A DNA stretch of 30,438 bases. It comes from a virus. Lineage: Duplodnaviria; Caudoviricetes. The stretch lies in IMG/VR virus record IMGVR_UViG_3300031939_000019, positions 1 to 30,438 of that record; one strand, 5' to 3'. How positions within the stretch are numbered: the first letter of the stretch is position 1; every line of letters begins with the position of its first letter. The notes beneath the pieces are model-generated. The model made no database searches and was not told where the DNA came from. It was given only the letters and a program-made list of their open reading frames with translations. Made by a program: the position numbers and the translations under genes. Below, piece by piece: positions 17,750-26,754 of this stretch.

Positions 17750-18162
17750 CAGACTTGAGCCTCGATTTTGACCAACAGCTCCTGGGCACACCTGCCTATG
17801 GGGACTTGAAGCTTGTTAATGGTGACTTGCAGCTCACCAATGATGCCAATCCTCAGGGCACAGACAGCATCATTCAATTGACCATGCAGCGCTTGCGGCT
17901 TTTTTTGGGTGAGTGGTTTATGGACACCCAGGATGGCCTGCCCTGGTACCAGCAAATCTTGGTCAAAAACACAGACAAGGCCACAGTGGATGGGCTGTTG
18001 CGCGATTGCATCTTGTCCACCCCTGGAGTGAGCGCTCTGCTTGCCTATAACAGCTCCCAGGACAAGAGCCGCCGCACCATGACAGTCTCCTTCACCATTC
18101 TCACCGCTACAGGCAAACGTCTTGATGGCAGCGTGCCCATCACCATGACAGGAGGGGCATGA
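17746..18162 (+). CDS. Baseplate wedge/sheath initiator (gp25/gp46-like)
   Basis: RL..FLGEWF.D...G.PW...IL.K, IL.TPGV and R...V.F motifs. Confidence 0.85.
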   Translation: MTDLSLDFDQQLLGTPAYGDLKLVNGDLQLTNDANPQGTDSIIQLTMQRLRLFLGEWFMDTQDGLPWYQQILVKNTDKATVDGLLRDCILSTPGVSALLAYNSSQDKSRRTMTVSFTILTATGKRLDGSVPITMTGGA

Positions 18163-20504
18163 TGTCCGTTTACGGTCTTACCGATCAGGGCTTTGTGGCC
18201 CCGCGCCAGGCCCAGATTGTGGCCGATTTGCAGGCCGCCTTTCAGGCCCAATTTGGTGCCACGGTCAATCTGTCCTCAGCCACAGTCTTCGGCCAGCTCA
18301 TCGGCATCTTCTCAGAGCGGGAGGCCCTGTTGTGGGAGGCTTTGCAGGATGACGTGCTCAGTGGCACCCCCGCTGGCGCCCAGGGGATTTACGTCGATAA
18401 CCTGCTTGCGCTCACAGGCCTCACACGCCTGCCCAGCCAGGCCACGGTGACCAATCCCACCCCCAGCACCCAGGCCAACGGCATCACCCTCTTTGGCCTG
18501 GTCCTAAGAGGAGAGCCAGGGACCGTCATCCCCGCGGGCGCGATGGTGCAGACCAGCACATCCCCCACCCTCAGCTTCAGGCTGGATGCCCCTGTGACCT
18601 TGGGCCACGCCGTAAGCGCTGTGCAGGACATCTATTTCACAGGCCAGCCCAGCAGCGGCCAGCTGCTCTTGTCCTTGACGGTACCCTCTGGCGGCCAGGC
18701 CACAACGGCCTCCATCCCCTTCAATGCCCTGCCCTCCCAGACCCTGCTCAGCTGCAATGCCGTGCCACGCTCTGGCTCCTTCACCCTGGCTCTTGAGGAC
18801 CAGGTGACAGCCGCCATTGCCGCCACAGCCTCAGCCTCTGAGGTGCAGGCGGCCATCAGAGCTCTGGAGGGCTATGACCAGGTGACTGTGGCTGGCTCCT
18901 GGCCCACCCTGGTCATCAGCTGGCCGTCTTTGGCCAATCCCATCCTGTCGGCCTCGAGCAGCCTGGATGCCCAGCTGCAGGTGATCCAAAGCGTCACGGC
19001 CACCTTGCAGGCCCTCAAGGATGCAGAGACAGGGCTGTTGCCCTTCACAGACGTGCTGGTGACCGCGCCCTCTTTGAATCAGTGGCGCATCGCCTTTGGC
19101 TCAGGCGCCCCAGCCGATGGCCAGCCCTCCAGCGGCGCAAAGCCCCAGGCTTTGGCTGTGATTGCTTCCAACACCCTGCTCAAGGATCGCACAGCCATCA
19201 ATGTGGCCGTGGCCACCAGTGTCACTGGCATGGCAGCTCAGGGCGTGGGCAGCGCCACCTGCACAGTCACAGGGGCCAATGATGTCCTGGCAGGCTCCAT
19301 CAACGTCATTGGGAGCAGCCAGCAAGGCTGGGCCTCGGTCACCAATGAGCTGGATTGCCTCACAGGCCGCGCCATTGAGACAGACACCGAAGCCATGGCC
19401 AGGCGGGCCTCCTTGCTGGCCAGCCCTGGAGCAGGACCGATGGCCGCCACCCTGGGACGTCTGCAGCAATTGGAGGGCGTGACGCGGGCCATCGGCTTTG
19501 CCAATCTCACCGCGGCAGCCCTGCAGCGGCTCACCTTCTTGCTGATGCCCACCAGTGGCACCTACAGCATTGGCTTTGGGGGAGGCTCCACTGAGGCCCT
19601 GCCCTTTGATGCTTCGGCCAGCGTGCTGCAAAAAGCCCTCGAGGCTTTGCCTAATGCGCCCTCCTGCACAGTCTCTGGCGCGTACACCTATGGCTTTGTG
19701 ATTGATTTCGGCGGCGCTCTGGGAGGCCAGGCCCTGCCCCTGTTGACCGTGGCTTCAGACACAACAGGCGCACAATTGACGGCCACCTTTGGGCGCCCAC
19801 CCAAGAGCGTCGAATACGTTGTGCAAGGTGGCGAGGACCAGGCCATTGCCCAGGCCATCCTCACGGCCTCAGCGGGGGGCATCGCCACCTACGGCGCGCC
19901 TGTTTTGCTTACCACTGGCTCCTTCATGGCAGGCAGCCAGGCTGTGCAGCTGTCATCCGTCAATAACGTCCAGGTGGGGGAGGCCGTCTTTGGCCAGGGC
20001 CTCAGCCGCGGCTCACGCATCACGGCCATCATGGGCACCCAGGTGACCCTAAGCCTGCCTGCTCTGTCCACAGCCAGCCAGGTGCCCATCACCATCAACA
20101 GGACCTTGACCCTGCCAGATGTTGGGGGCAATCCCACGGACATCTCCTTCACCAGGCCGCGCCAGGTGCCCATCTACCTGAGCATCCAGCTGGTGACAGA
20201 TCTGTATAATGCCCCAGGGGACAGCTCCAGTGGCAAGAGCATCAGCTCGGTCTTTGATGCCGCCAGCCTGCAGACCATTGAGGCAGACATTATTGAGGCC
20301 GTTAATGCCGTGCCCATCGGTGGCCTGCTCACCTTGCGTGGTACCGAGGGCTTAGGCTCGAGCTTCAGGGATGTGCCTGGCATTGTGGATGTGACGCTGG
20401 CCTTTGACGTTGTGCCCAATCCCACCAACACGGCCACCTTGCGGCTGTTGCCCGATCAGGTGGCGCTGGCCTCCTCCTTCACAACGGAGATCAGCTACAC
20501 ATGA
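18159..20504 (+). CDS. Baseplate J-like wedge protein, enlarged by inserted domains
   Basis: YGLT..GF, GQLIGI, A.G..(V/L)D......G..R, G..GTVIPAG, GW.SVTN..G...ETD....R, PPKS....V.GG....IA.AI and I.F.RP motifs. Confidence 0.88.
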   Translation: MMSVYGLTDQGFVAPRQAQIVADLQAAFQAQFGATVNLSSATVFGQLIGIFSEREALLWEALQDDVLSGTPAGAQGIYVDNLLALTGLTRLPSQATVTNPTPSTQANGITLFGLVLRGEPGTVIPAGAMVQTSTSPTLSFRLDAPVTLGHAVSAVQDIYFTGQPSSGQLLLSLTVPSGGQATTASIPFNALPSQTLLSCNAVPRSGSFTLALEDQVTAAIAATASASEVQAAIRALEGYDQVTVAGSWPTLVISWPSLANPILSASSSLDAQLQVIQSVTATLQALKDAETGLLPFTDVLVTAPSLNQWRIAFGSGAPADGQPSSGAKPQALAVIASNTLLKDRTAINVAVATSVTGMAAQGVGSATCTVTGANDVLAGSINVIGSSQQGWASVTNELDCLTGRAIETDTEAMARRASLLASPGAGPMAATLGRLQQLEGVTRAIGFANLTAAALQRLTFLLMPTSGTYSIGFGGGSTEALPFDASASVLQKALEALPNAPSCTVSGAYTYGFVIDFGGALGGQALPLLTVASDTTGAQLTATFGRPPKSVEYVVQGGEDQAIAQAILTASAGGIATYGAPVLLTTGSFMAGSQAVQLSSVNNVQVGEAVFGQGLSRGSRITAIMGTQVTLSLPALSTASQVPITINRTLTLPDVGGNPTDISFTRPRQVPIYLSIQLVTDLYNAPGDSSSGKSISSVFDAASLQTIEADIIEAVNAVPIGGLLTLRGTEGLGSSFRDVPGIVDVTLAFDVVPNPTNTATLRLLPDQVALASSFTTEISYT

Positions 20505-21136
20505 CGATTGAGCACATCTCCGATCATGTGGCTCAGGCGCAAAGCCGATTGGTGAGCCAGTACCAGAGCGCCCCCAACGTTGTGAGCCTGATTACGGCCT
20601 TGGCCAGCCGCACCCAGCTGCTCGAGGATGCCATCCAGAAGGTGGCCCAAGGGCGCTTTTTGCCGGATGACGCGGCCTCTGGCGCCCAGCTGGATGCCAT
20701 CGGCGCGCTGGTGGGCATTGCGCGCAATGGCGTGACCGATGCCGTCTATCGCGTGCTGATTCGCGGCAAAATCGCCACCAACACATCTCGAGGGACCTTG
20801 GGGGACATTGAGACCATCACCAAGACCCTCTTTCAGGCCGATGCCGTCTATGCCTCCACACCCAATACCTGGGGCCACGCCCGGCAACAGGCTTATGCTC
20901 AGCTGTCTTTGGCTGTGGGCCACCCACAGACGGATCCAAGCTTATGGCCAATTGTGTTGCGCCTTATACGGTCCAGCTTGCCAGCGGGCATTGTCCTTGT
21001 TTGCGTAAGCGTCTTTGGCCAGGGCCCAGCGCTTGCCTGTGAGGGCCCTCAGCCTTGGGCTGGTGGCTTCTGTGAGCTGGATGGCTCAGGTGGCGGCCTC
21101 TTGGCCGATTTGATTGATTCTCAACAGCAAGCCTAA
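20501..21136 (+). CDS. Baseplate protein (DUF2612/gpI-like)
   Basis: QY...P, A.GAQLD.IG..VG..R and D..YR..I..KI..N...GT motifs. Confidence 0.85.
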   Translation: MTIEHISDHVAQAQSRLVSQYQSAPNVVSLITALASRTQLLEDAIQKVAQGRFLPDDAASGAQLDAIGALVGIARNGVTDAVYRVLIRGKIATNTSRGTLGDIETITKTLFQADAVYASTPNTWGHARQQAYAQLSLAVGHPQTDPSLWPIVLRLIRSSLPAGIVLVCVSVFGQGPALACEGPQPWAGGFCELDGSGGGLLADLIDSQQQA

Positions 21137-21153
21137 CGGCAAGGAGCGCCCAA

Positions 21154-22779
21154 GTGGCCAACAGCAAGCCCCATTCTTACCTTGGCTGGATCCCTGATGA
21201 GGCCTCCAATAACCTGGCCCAGCCGCCAGCCTCCATCGCGGCCACAGGCTTTCAGGCAGGCCAGCCTGTGCCTGCCCCTTATTTCAATTACGCGCTGCAC
21301 AACCTGGATCGCTGGGTGCAATACCTGGATGAGAACGTCAATGCGACGGTCTTGGCCACGTCTTTGAATCACTCCATGAGGATGCTGGGTGGGGGCACGT
21401 TCTTCTTCGACGCTCAAAGCCGCGTCTTGTCCTGGTCTGAAGCCATCACCCTGGCCATCCCCTCCTCCTCTGATGACACCAATCAATTGCCCCAAGGATC
21501 GGTGGTCTTGCCCTCAGGGAGCGTGGCCTACGTCAACGTCAACCTGCCCTTCAGTACCACGGCCGATGTCACAGCTGGCAGCGCCACAGTGATCAACCTG
21601 GGCTATGAGGCTGGCATCAGCGTGGGGATGACGGTCACAGGCCAGGGCATTGATGCAGGCACAACAGTGACTGATGTGAATGGCTCGAGCTGCACCCTGA
21701 GCCAGCCTGCCTCCTCGAGCTCCAATGACGTGACCTTGACCTTTGCTGGCGCTGGCTCTCTTTCGGCCAGCGTGGCTCCGTCTGCCACCTTGGTGCCTGG
21801 GCCCAATACCGTCATCTTGGCCAGGGCCACCGATGCTGTCTGCTCAGTGGGCGTGGGCAGCTCTGAGATGTGGCTGAGGGATCAGGAGAGAAGGACCCTC
21901 TACACAGCTGGATACGTGAACACAGTAACAGCTGTGGCAGGCCAGGGCCTGGCTGCTCTGGCGGCTGTCTATCAGAGCCAGGGCACAGCCGATGGGCGCA
22001 CCCCAGGCAATGTGTATCTGGCCGATGCCTCTGCTCAGCAAGGTGCCCAGCGGGGCCTGTGCTTGGGCTTTTTGCACACCGCGGCCTCTGCAGGCTCTCA
22101 GGCCCACGTTGTGCGCTCAGGGCTGCTCACAGGCTTTGCCAATCTGGTGACTGGCGCGCCGTATTACTTGGACCCTGCCATCCCTGGCGGCATCACTCAG
22201 GCCAAGCCTGTGGCTTTGGGGCAATGGGTGGCACCTGTGGGCGTGGCCACGTCCCCCACCGCTTTGCTGGTGCACATCAGCCAGGCTTCGGCCGTGAGCA
22301 ATGCGCTGCCCAACGGGGCTGTCATCACAGGCGATGCCTCAGTCTCTGGCCTGCTCACAGCTCAGGGCGTGACGTCTGCTCATGGCTTCAAGAACTTTGT
22401 GCCCATGGGCAGCTGCTATACCACCAGCTATGCGGGGGGGGATCTGTATTTGGGCCAGGCCGTGCGCAATAGCGCCGATGGCTCACTGGTCCATCTCAAT
22501 TATCAGCTTATTGCGCCCTATGACGGCTCTATTACGGCCTGCTCAGGCACCTGGTTTGCGACCTTCTCGGTCGCCTTTGAGATCGACATTTACGTCAATG
22601 GTGCCAAGGTCTGGAGCAGGACCTACTCGGGTTCTCAAAACAACACCTTCAAAGAGGCCTTCACCAAGGGCACCTACCCTGTGCGCGTAGGCGATATCAT
22701 CAACATGCGCTGCTCGGCCTATCCTGGCGGCAACACTCTGTATGCAACGGCTGGCCTTATGTTTGAATGGCCCGCTTAA
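21154..22779 (+). CDS. Tail fibre protein
   Basis: N-terminal TGF..G..P.A.YFN......W..YL baseplate-anchor motif, mosaic beta-rich domains, AAGGAG RBS before a GTG start. Confidence 0.8.
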   Translation: MANSKPHSYLGWIPDEASNNLAQPPASIAATGFQAGQPVPAPYFNYALHNLDRWVQYLDENVNATVLATSLNHSMRMLGGGTFFFDAQSRVLSWSEAITLAIPSSSDDTNQLPQGSVVLPSGSVAYVNVNLPFSTTADVTAGSATVINLGYEAGISVGMTVTGQGIDAGTTVTDVNGSSCTLSQPASSSSNDVTLTFAGAGSLSASVAPSATLVPGPNTVILARATDAVCSVGVGSSEMWLRDQERRTLYTAGYVNTVTAVAGQGLAALAAVYQSQGTADGRTPGNVYLADASAQQGAQRGLCLGFLHTAASAGSQAHVVRSGLLTGFANLVTGAPYYLDPAIPGGITQAKPVALGQWVAPVGVATSPTALLVHISQASAVSNALPNGAVITGDASVSGLLTAQGVTSAHGFKNFVPMGSCYTTSYAGGDLYLGQAVRNSADGSLVHLNYQLIAPYDGSITACSGTWFATFSVAFEIDIYVNGAKVWSRTYSGSQNNTFKEAFTKGTYPVRVGDIINMRCSAYPGGNTLYATAGLMFEWPA

Positions 22780-22791
22780 TTGAAAGGTTTG

Positions 22792-23319
22792 ATGATGCTC
22801 AACAGAACATTGACCCCCCATGGCCCCAGCACCCCTCAGCCCCAGCGGCCTGAGCTGCAGCGCATTGTCACCGATACCGCCCCCACGGTCACCCCAGAGA
22901 TTGCCCACTATTATCAGAGCGGCCAATTTGCCGATCCCAAGCCCCAGAAGGCCTACTTTCATGGCCCTCAGGTGTTCACCGATGGCCACCAGCGGCTCAT
23001 CCAGGGCTTGAGGGAGGAGTGTCAGAAGCTGACGGCCTATAATCGGCACCTGAAGAATCGCGCCTCGACCTTTGAGGGCAAGCTTGGCCGTCGCAATGAT
23101 GAGATGATTGATTTGCGCCAGAGCCTGCACGCCCAGCACGCCACCATCCAGATTCTGCAGCAAGAGCTCCAGGCGGCCAATCAGAGCATCCAGGAGCTGG
23201 ACCAGGTGATGACGCAATCGCGGGCCAAGCGCCTCAATCGCCTCAGCCAAGTGATGTCTGAAGACGTCTTAGAGATTGTGCGCATCAAAGATGAGACCGG
23301 GGCCAAAGCTAAGGCTTAG
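22792..23319 (+). CDS. Hypothetical coiled-coil protein
   Basis: Heptad-like Q/L/E-rich C-terminal half. Overlaps the 3' end of the convergent nuclease gene. Confidence 0.6.
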   Translation: MMLNRTLTPHGPSTPQPQRPELQRIVTDTAPTVTPEIAHYYQSGQFADPKPQKAYFHGPQVFTDGHQRLIQGLREECQKLTAYNRHLKNRASTFEGKLGRRNDEMIDLRQSLHAQHATIQILQQELQAANQSIQELDQVMTQSRAKRLNRLSQVMSEDVLEIVRIKDETGAKAKA

Positions 23320-23727
23320 CCCCAGAGGGTGGCCGTGGCTGGGCAAGAATCTGGTCCTTGGCCCATGGCAGAAGATGACATGGGCCGGATAATAAAAGAC
23401 CCTATCCAACGGCCTCAAAAGCACCACAAAGCCCGCTGGCACCTTGAAGCTGTCATATTGCATGGCCCGCTGAATTTGATGCGTCTCCAGCTGGCTGAAG
23501 GTGAAAGCCTCCTCATCGAAGCTCTTGGTGTCAACGTAGCAGACGCGGCCATCGCGCCTGAGCACCCTGAAATCCAAATCAGCTCTGATGGGCTGGATGC
23601 GCCCACCAGGCAAGTACTTGAAGGACAGGGGATTTTTGAGCGCCTTGAGGCCATCGACACCGCACCTGGCCGCAAACAGGGCCTCAAAGCGTGCGCCCTG
23701 GGCCTTATTGAGGGCAACAGGGGCCAT
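23269..23727 (-). CDS. RecU-like PD-(D/E)XK nuclease / Holliday junction resolvase
   Basis: G..FE, DF......G....DTKS, L..HQ and AGFVV motifs. Confidence 0.75.
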   Translation of the reverse strand: MAPVALNKAQGARFEALFAARCGVDGLKALKNPLSFKYLPGGRIQPIRADLDFRVLRRDGRVCYVDTKSFDEEAFTFSQLETHQIQRAMQYDSFKVPAGFVVLLRPLDRVFYYPAHVIFCHGPRTRFLPSHGHPLGLSLSFGPGLIFDAHNL

Positions 23728-23730
23728 CGG

Positions 23731-24159
23731 TCACATGTTCCAAATAAGCAGAGCAGAGGGGAAGGGAGCTGATGAGCTTGCCCCTTTGAATTTCAGGCGG
23801 CCTTTCAAGAAGACTGGCCGGGCCTGCTTGATGGCCTCATGCCACCAGATGGTGTCTGTGCGCGATGGCACCAGCATGACAATCAAGATGGCTCGATGGG
23901 CCTCTTGATTGGCTTTTTGCACCCACTTGGAGATCTCCCTGCCATAGGGGGGATTGCAAAAGACGCGGGCCTCCTCCCAAGTCTCTGCCAGGCCATCTTG
24001 GGTGGGCCACTCAAAGCCCTGCTCACATAAACGATTGCTCGAGCTGCAGGCCACATCATGGGTGAAGCCATAGAGCTTATGGAGCTTGGCAAAGAGATCA
24101 GGTGGCGTGCCCCAATCTTCTTTTGCGCTCGAGTAATGGACCTGATGCTTGTCTTTCAT
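23731..24159 (-). CDS. Phage DNA N6-adenine methyltransferase (phage Dam family)
   Basis: DW.TP..LF, F..DVA, DGL...W, FCNPPY, W..KA, LVP.RTDT.WW, F..GRL.F and APFPS motifs. Confidence 0.9.
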   Translation of the reverse strand: MKDKHQVHYSSAKEDWGTPPDLFAKLHKLYGFTHDVACSSSNRLCEQGFEWPTQDGLAETWEEARVFCNPPYGREISKWVQKANQEAHRAILIVMLVPSRTDTIWWHEAIKQARPVFLKGRLKFKGASSSAPFPSALLIWNM

Positions 24160-24163
24160 GCTG

Positions 24164-24408
24164 TTAAGCGCTCTCACGGTCAAAGGGCAAAGCGGGCTGC
24201 CCCTCATCAGGTTTCGATGTTCTGAGCCGCTCTTGATGCTCGGCCACTCTCTTGCTCATGGTCTCAAAGTAGCCAGCATCCTTCTCGATACAGATGGCTT
24301 TGCGTCCTGTGTTCAGAGCTGCAATGGCCGTACCATCGACACGCTCTGAGGCTCGAGCGTGGGCATAATCTCAAGGCAATCCCCCTGAAGCAGCGTCACA
24401 TCAGACAT
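24164..24408 (-). pseudogene. N4/N6 DNA methyltransferase remnant with large internal deletion and frame change
   Basis: The N-terminus MSDVTLLQGDCLEIMPTLEPQSVSMV joins directly, in another frame, to the C-terminus GTAIAALNTGRKAICIEKDAGYFE. DPPY and the DPF.GS motif are missing. Confidence 0.8.
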
Positions 24409-24781
24409 GCTTCCAGGTCCTTCCTGAATGGATGGATGTGATGACCTGGCGATTGACACCATAATCATGGGCAATGGCCTGGTGCGCCTCCCCTTGGGCC
24501 AGCCTCTTGCGGATCTCTTTGACCTTCTGAGCGTCCAGCAAGGTCTTGATGTAGCCATAGCGCACAGGGGGCTTGGTGGCCCTGGTCTGCAGATTGATGT
24601 CTGGCAGATCCTCGGTGATGAATCGGTGGCTTCGGCGCTTGGCAATGTTGCAAACGACAAGATGGGTGATGCCGTATTCCTCGGCAATATCGCGGATCCT
24701 ATCCTCTGTGTTGAGGACTCTTAAGTAAATGGACCGAATGGCCTCACGGCCAAGCTTGGAATTGCCATGGACATCAGCCAT
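24401..24781 (-). CDS. Tandem helix-turn-helix DNA-binding protein
   Basis: Two similar units: SKL....IR.I….IAEEYGI….NI..RR.H and L....V.EIR….IAHDYGV….SI..GRTWKHV. Confidence 0.7.
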   Translation of the reverse strand: MADVHGNSKLGREAIRSIYLRVLNTEDRIRDIAEEYGITHLVVCNIAKRRSHRFITEDLPDINLQTRATKPPVRYGYIKTLLDAQKVKEIRKRLAQGEAHQAIAHDYGVNRQVITSIHSGRTWKHV

Positions 24782-24965
24782 CCAGCTGGCCCACCCAGCG
24801 CTCAAGGGCTTCTAAGTGGGCCCTGGAGGCTGCTTCAGCCGCGGCCAGGATGTGCGTATCCTTTGGCTCACGTCGCACAGACTTGGTGATGCGCTGGATT
24901 TGGCCAAGGGCTTGCCGAAGCAGGTCCAGATGCTCTTTGGGGCTTAGGGCTGTAGAGTCTTGCAT
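24774..24965 (-). CDS. Hypothetical protein (63 aa)
   Basis: Helical ORF whose stop overlaps the next start. Confidence 0.55.
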   Translation of the reverse strand: MQDSTALSPKEHLDLLRQALGQIQRITKSVRREPKDTHILAAAEAASRAHLEALERWVGQLDG

Positions 24966-24997
24966 GGCAAAAAATTAGGATAGAAGGCTAGGCGAAA

Positions 24998-25762
24998 TCA
25001 AATGAAAGGTCTGCCACGTTCGTCATAATAGATGGCAGGAGCCTCGCCACTTGGCCCTTCCTCTTGGACAGGGGGGCTGGGTGTGCCATCACCAAATCTG
25101 TATTCCCCCCAATGCTGCAGCTCTGGGCTTTTGACCCAAGGCTCTTCTAAGACAGGCGTGGGGGGCTGCTCTTGGATCTGAGGGACCTGGGGGGATGCTT
25201 GGGACTCCTCCTCAATCCTCTGCATGATGGCCGCGATGAAGGCTGTTTGATGATTGCGGCGCAAAGTCTGCACACGCAACGGCATCTCACGGCGTGACCT
25301 GAAGCTGGCGGGCCTTCTTTTGATGCTGGGCCTTCTGGGCATGGGGGCCAGGATAGCCTCGAGCTCTGGGGGCTGCTCAAAGGGATTGGCCTTCTCAATT
25401 CTGGGCGTGCAGGGGATGGGGGCCGTCAACAGGGCCAGGCCCTGCTCATTGAGGGCGCGGGCCAATTGAGCAGACGGCCTTCGGTCCAGCGCCTCTTTGA
25501 CCGTCTGGGCCAAGGTCTGGCCCTCGGCATGGGAGAATTGCATCAAGGCGCTCTCTTTGAAGATGGCCCGTTCGCGCATCGGCGCCAGGGAGGGCGCAAT
25601 GACGCTCTCCAAGGCCAGGGCCTCCATGCTCCTGGCAGTCTCCCAGATGTCGATGTCTTCGGTATCACCATGGGGCTGCACAGGCCCGTCTGAAAATTCT
25701 AATGCAGACTCATCAGGCGCAGGGCCCGGCCGAAAGAGATTGTGGGAGATTTTGCGCAGCAT
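24998..25762 (-). CDS. Hypothetical Pro/Glu-rich protein
   Basis: 254 aa ORF heading the leftward block. Confidence 0.65.
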   Translation of the reverse strand: MLRKISHNLFRPGPAPDESALEFSDGPVQPHGDTEDIDIWETARSMEALALESVIAPSLAPMRERAIFKESALMQFSHAEGQTLAQTVKEALDRRPSAQLARALNEQGLALLTAPIPCTPRIEKANPFEQPPELEAILAPMPRRPSIKRRPASFRSRREMPLRVQTLRRNHQTAFIAAIMQRIEEESQASPQVPQIQEQPPTPVLEEPWVKSPELQHWGEYRFGDGTPSPPVQEEGPSGEAPAIYYDERGRPFI

Positions 25763-25847
25763 GGGCTGATGTTAGCGCAAATCGACCCTCACAATAGGCT
25801 TGCACATCACATGCAGGATCGTTACAGGCCCGCATCAGAGGTGTATC

Positions 25848-26603
25848 ATGAAAGGTATTGTCTTCCCCTTGAAGGAATTGTCATCAGGGCGCTTTGCGCG
25901 CCTGTGTGATCGGCTGGACATCAAAAGAGCAGAGGGCGTCGGTCTCTTGCTGCTCTTCTGGCTCGAGTCACGCAATCGCAACCTGGAGGCAGGCACCAGG
26001 CAACAGCTTGCTGCTTGTTTGCCTCCAATCAAGGGGCAGGGGCAAAATGTGCTCTGTATTCTTGAGGAGGAGGGCTACCTGAGCCGCGATGGGGAGCAGC
26101 TGCTCATTGTGGATAACGTGGGCCACAATGCCAAGACGGAGCGTGTCCAGGCCCAGTGTCGCAAGGCCGCGCTGGCGCGCATCCAGAAGCGTGCCCCTGC
26201 CCCCAAAAAAGCCCTGCACCCTGTGCCCAGCAAAGAGCTGGCGCCTGTCTCCACAGCCTTTCAGGATGCCAACAGACAGACCTGGGAGGCCTATGCTCAG
26301 GCCTACCAGCGCAAGATGGGCCAGCTGCCCATTCGCAATGCCAAGACCAACAGCCTCATCAAGCAATTTGTGCAACGGATTGGGGCCCAGGACGCTCCCC
26401 ACGTCATGGTCTTTTATGTGGACCATCCCAATCCCCTCTACATCAGCCGCCTGTATCAGCTGGAGATGGCCGTCAAGGATGCCGAGAGCTTGCGCACCCA
26501 GTGGGCCAATAATCGTCCCATCACCCAGGGGGATGTGATGCAATTTGACAAGCAGATGGCCTTTGAGAGGGACCGCCAGCTCATCCACAGTGGCAGGATC
26601 TGA
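25848..26603 (+). CDS. Phage replication initiator-like protein
   Basis: GAGGTG RBS. N-terminal wHTH-like region (G.L..FW), Pro/Lys linker, C-terminal TW.AY..AY......P.RNAK.N......RIG motif and L.TQW. Confidence 0.7.
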   Translation: MKGIVFPLKELSSGRFARLCDRLDIKRAEGVGLLLLFWLESRNRNLEAGTRQQLAACLPPIKGQGQNVLCILEEEGYLSRDGEQLLIVDNVGHNAKTERVQAQCRKAALARIQKRAPAPKKALHPVPSKELAPVSTAFQDANRQTWEAYAQAYQRKMGQLPIRNAKTNSLIKQFVQRIGAQDAPHVMVFYVDHPNPLYISRLYQLEMAVKDAESLRTQWANNRPITQGDVMQFDKQMAFERDRQLIHSGRI

Positions 26604-26645
26604 GCCACAGGGGCCCATCAATCCCAGATCCTACCTGATTGCCGT

Positions 26646-26674
26646 TTGATTTACGCTCCTGAGCCTGCCATAAT
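26646..26674 (+). promoter_or_regulatory. Sigma70-like promoter
   Basis: TTGATT-17 nt-CATAAT with a TGn extended -10, in an intergenic gap. Confidence 0.55.
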
Positions 26675-26754
26675 TGACGCGCAGCGCCAGGAGTAGAATG
26701 AGGGGAAGAGCAATGATTCTCAAAGCCTGGCTCACATGGGCCGAGGATTGGTTA

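Noticed and set aside
9227-22779. Tailocin or extracellular contractile injection system
   Set aside because: Capsid, neck and replication genes are present, so this is a phage.
17432-25778. TGTTAGCGC in two intergenic gaps (17432 and 25770)
   Set aside because: Two copies of a 9-mer are too few to call a motif.
25848-26603. Iteron origin within the replication initiator
   Set aside because: No clear direct-repeat array, only short CCCTG-type low-complexity matches.
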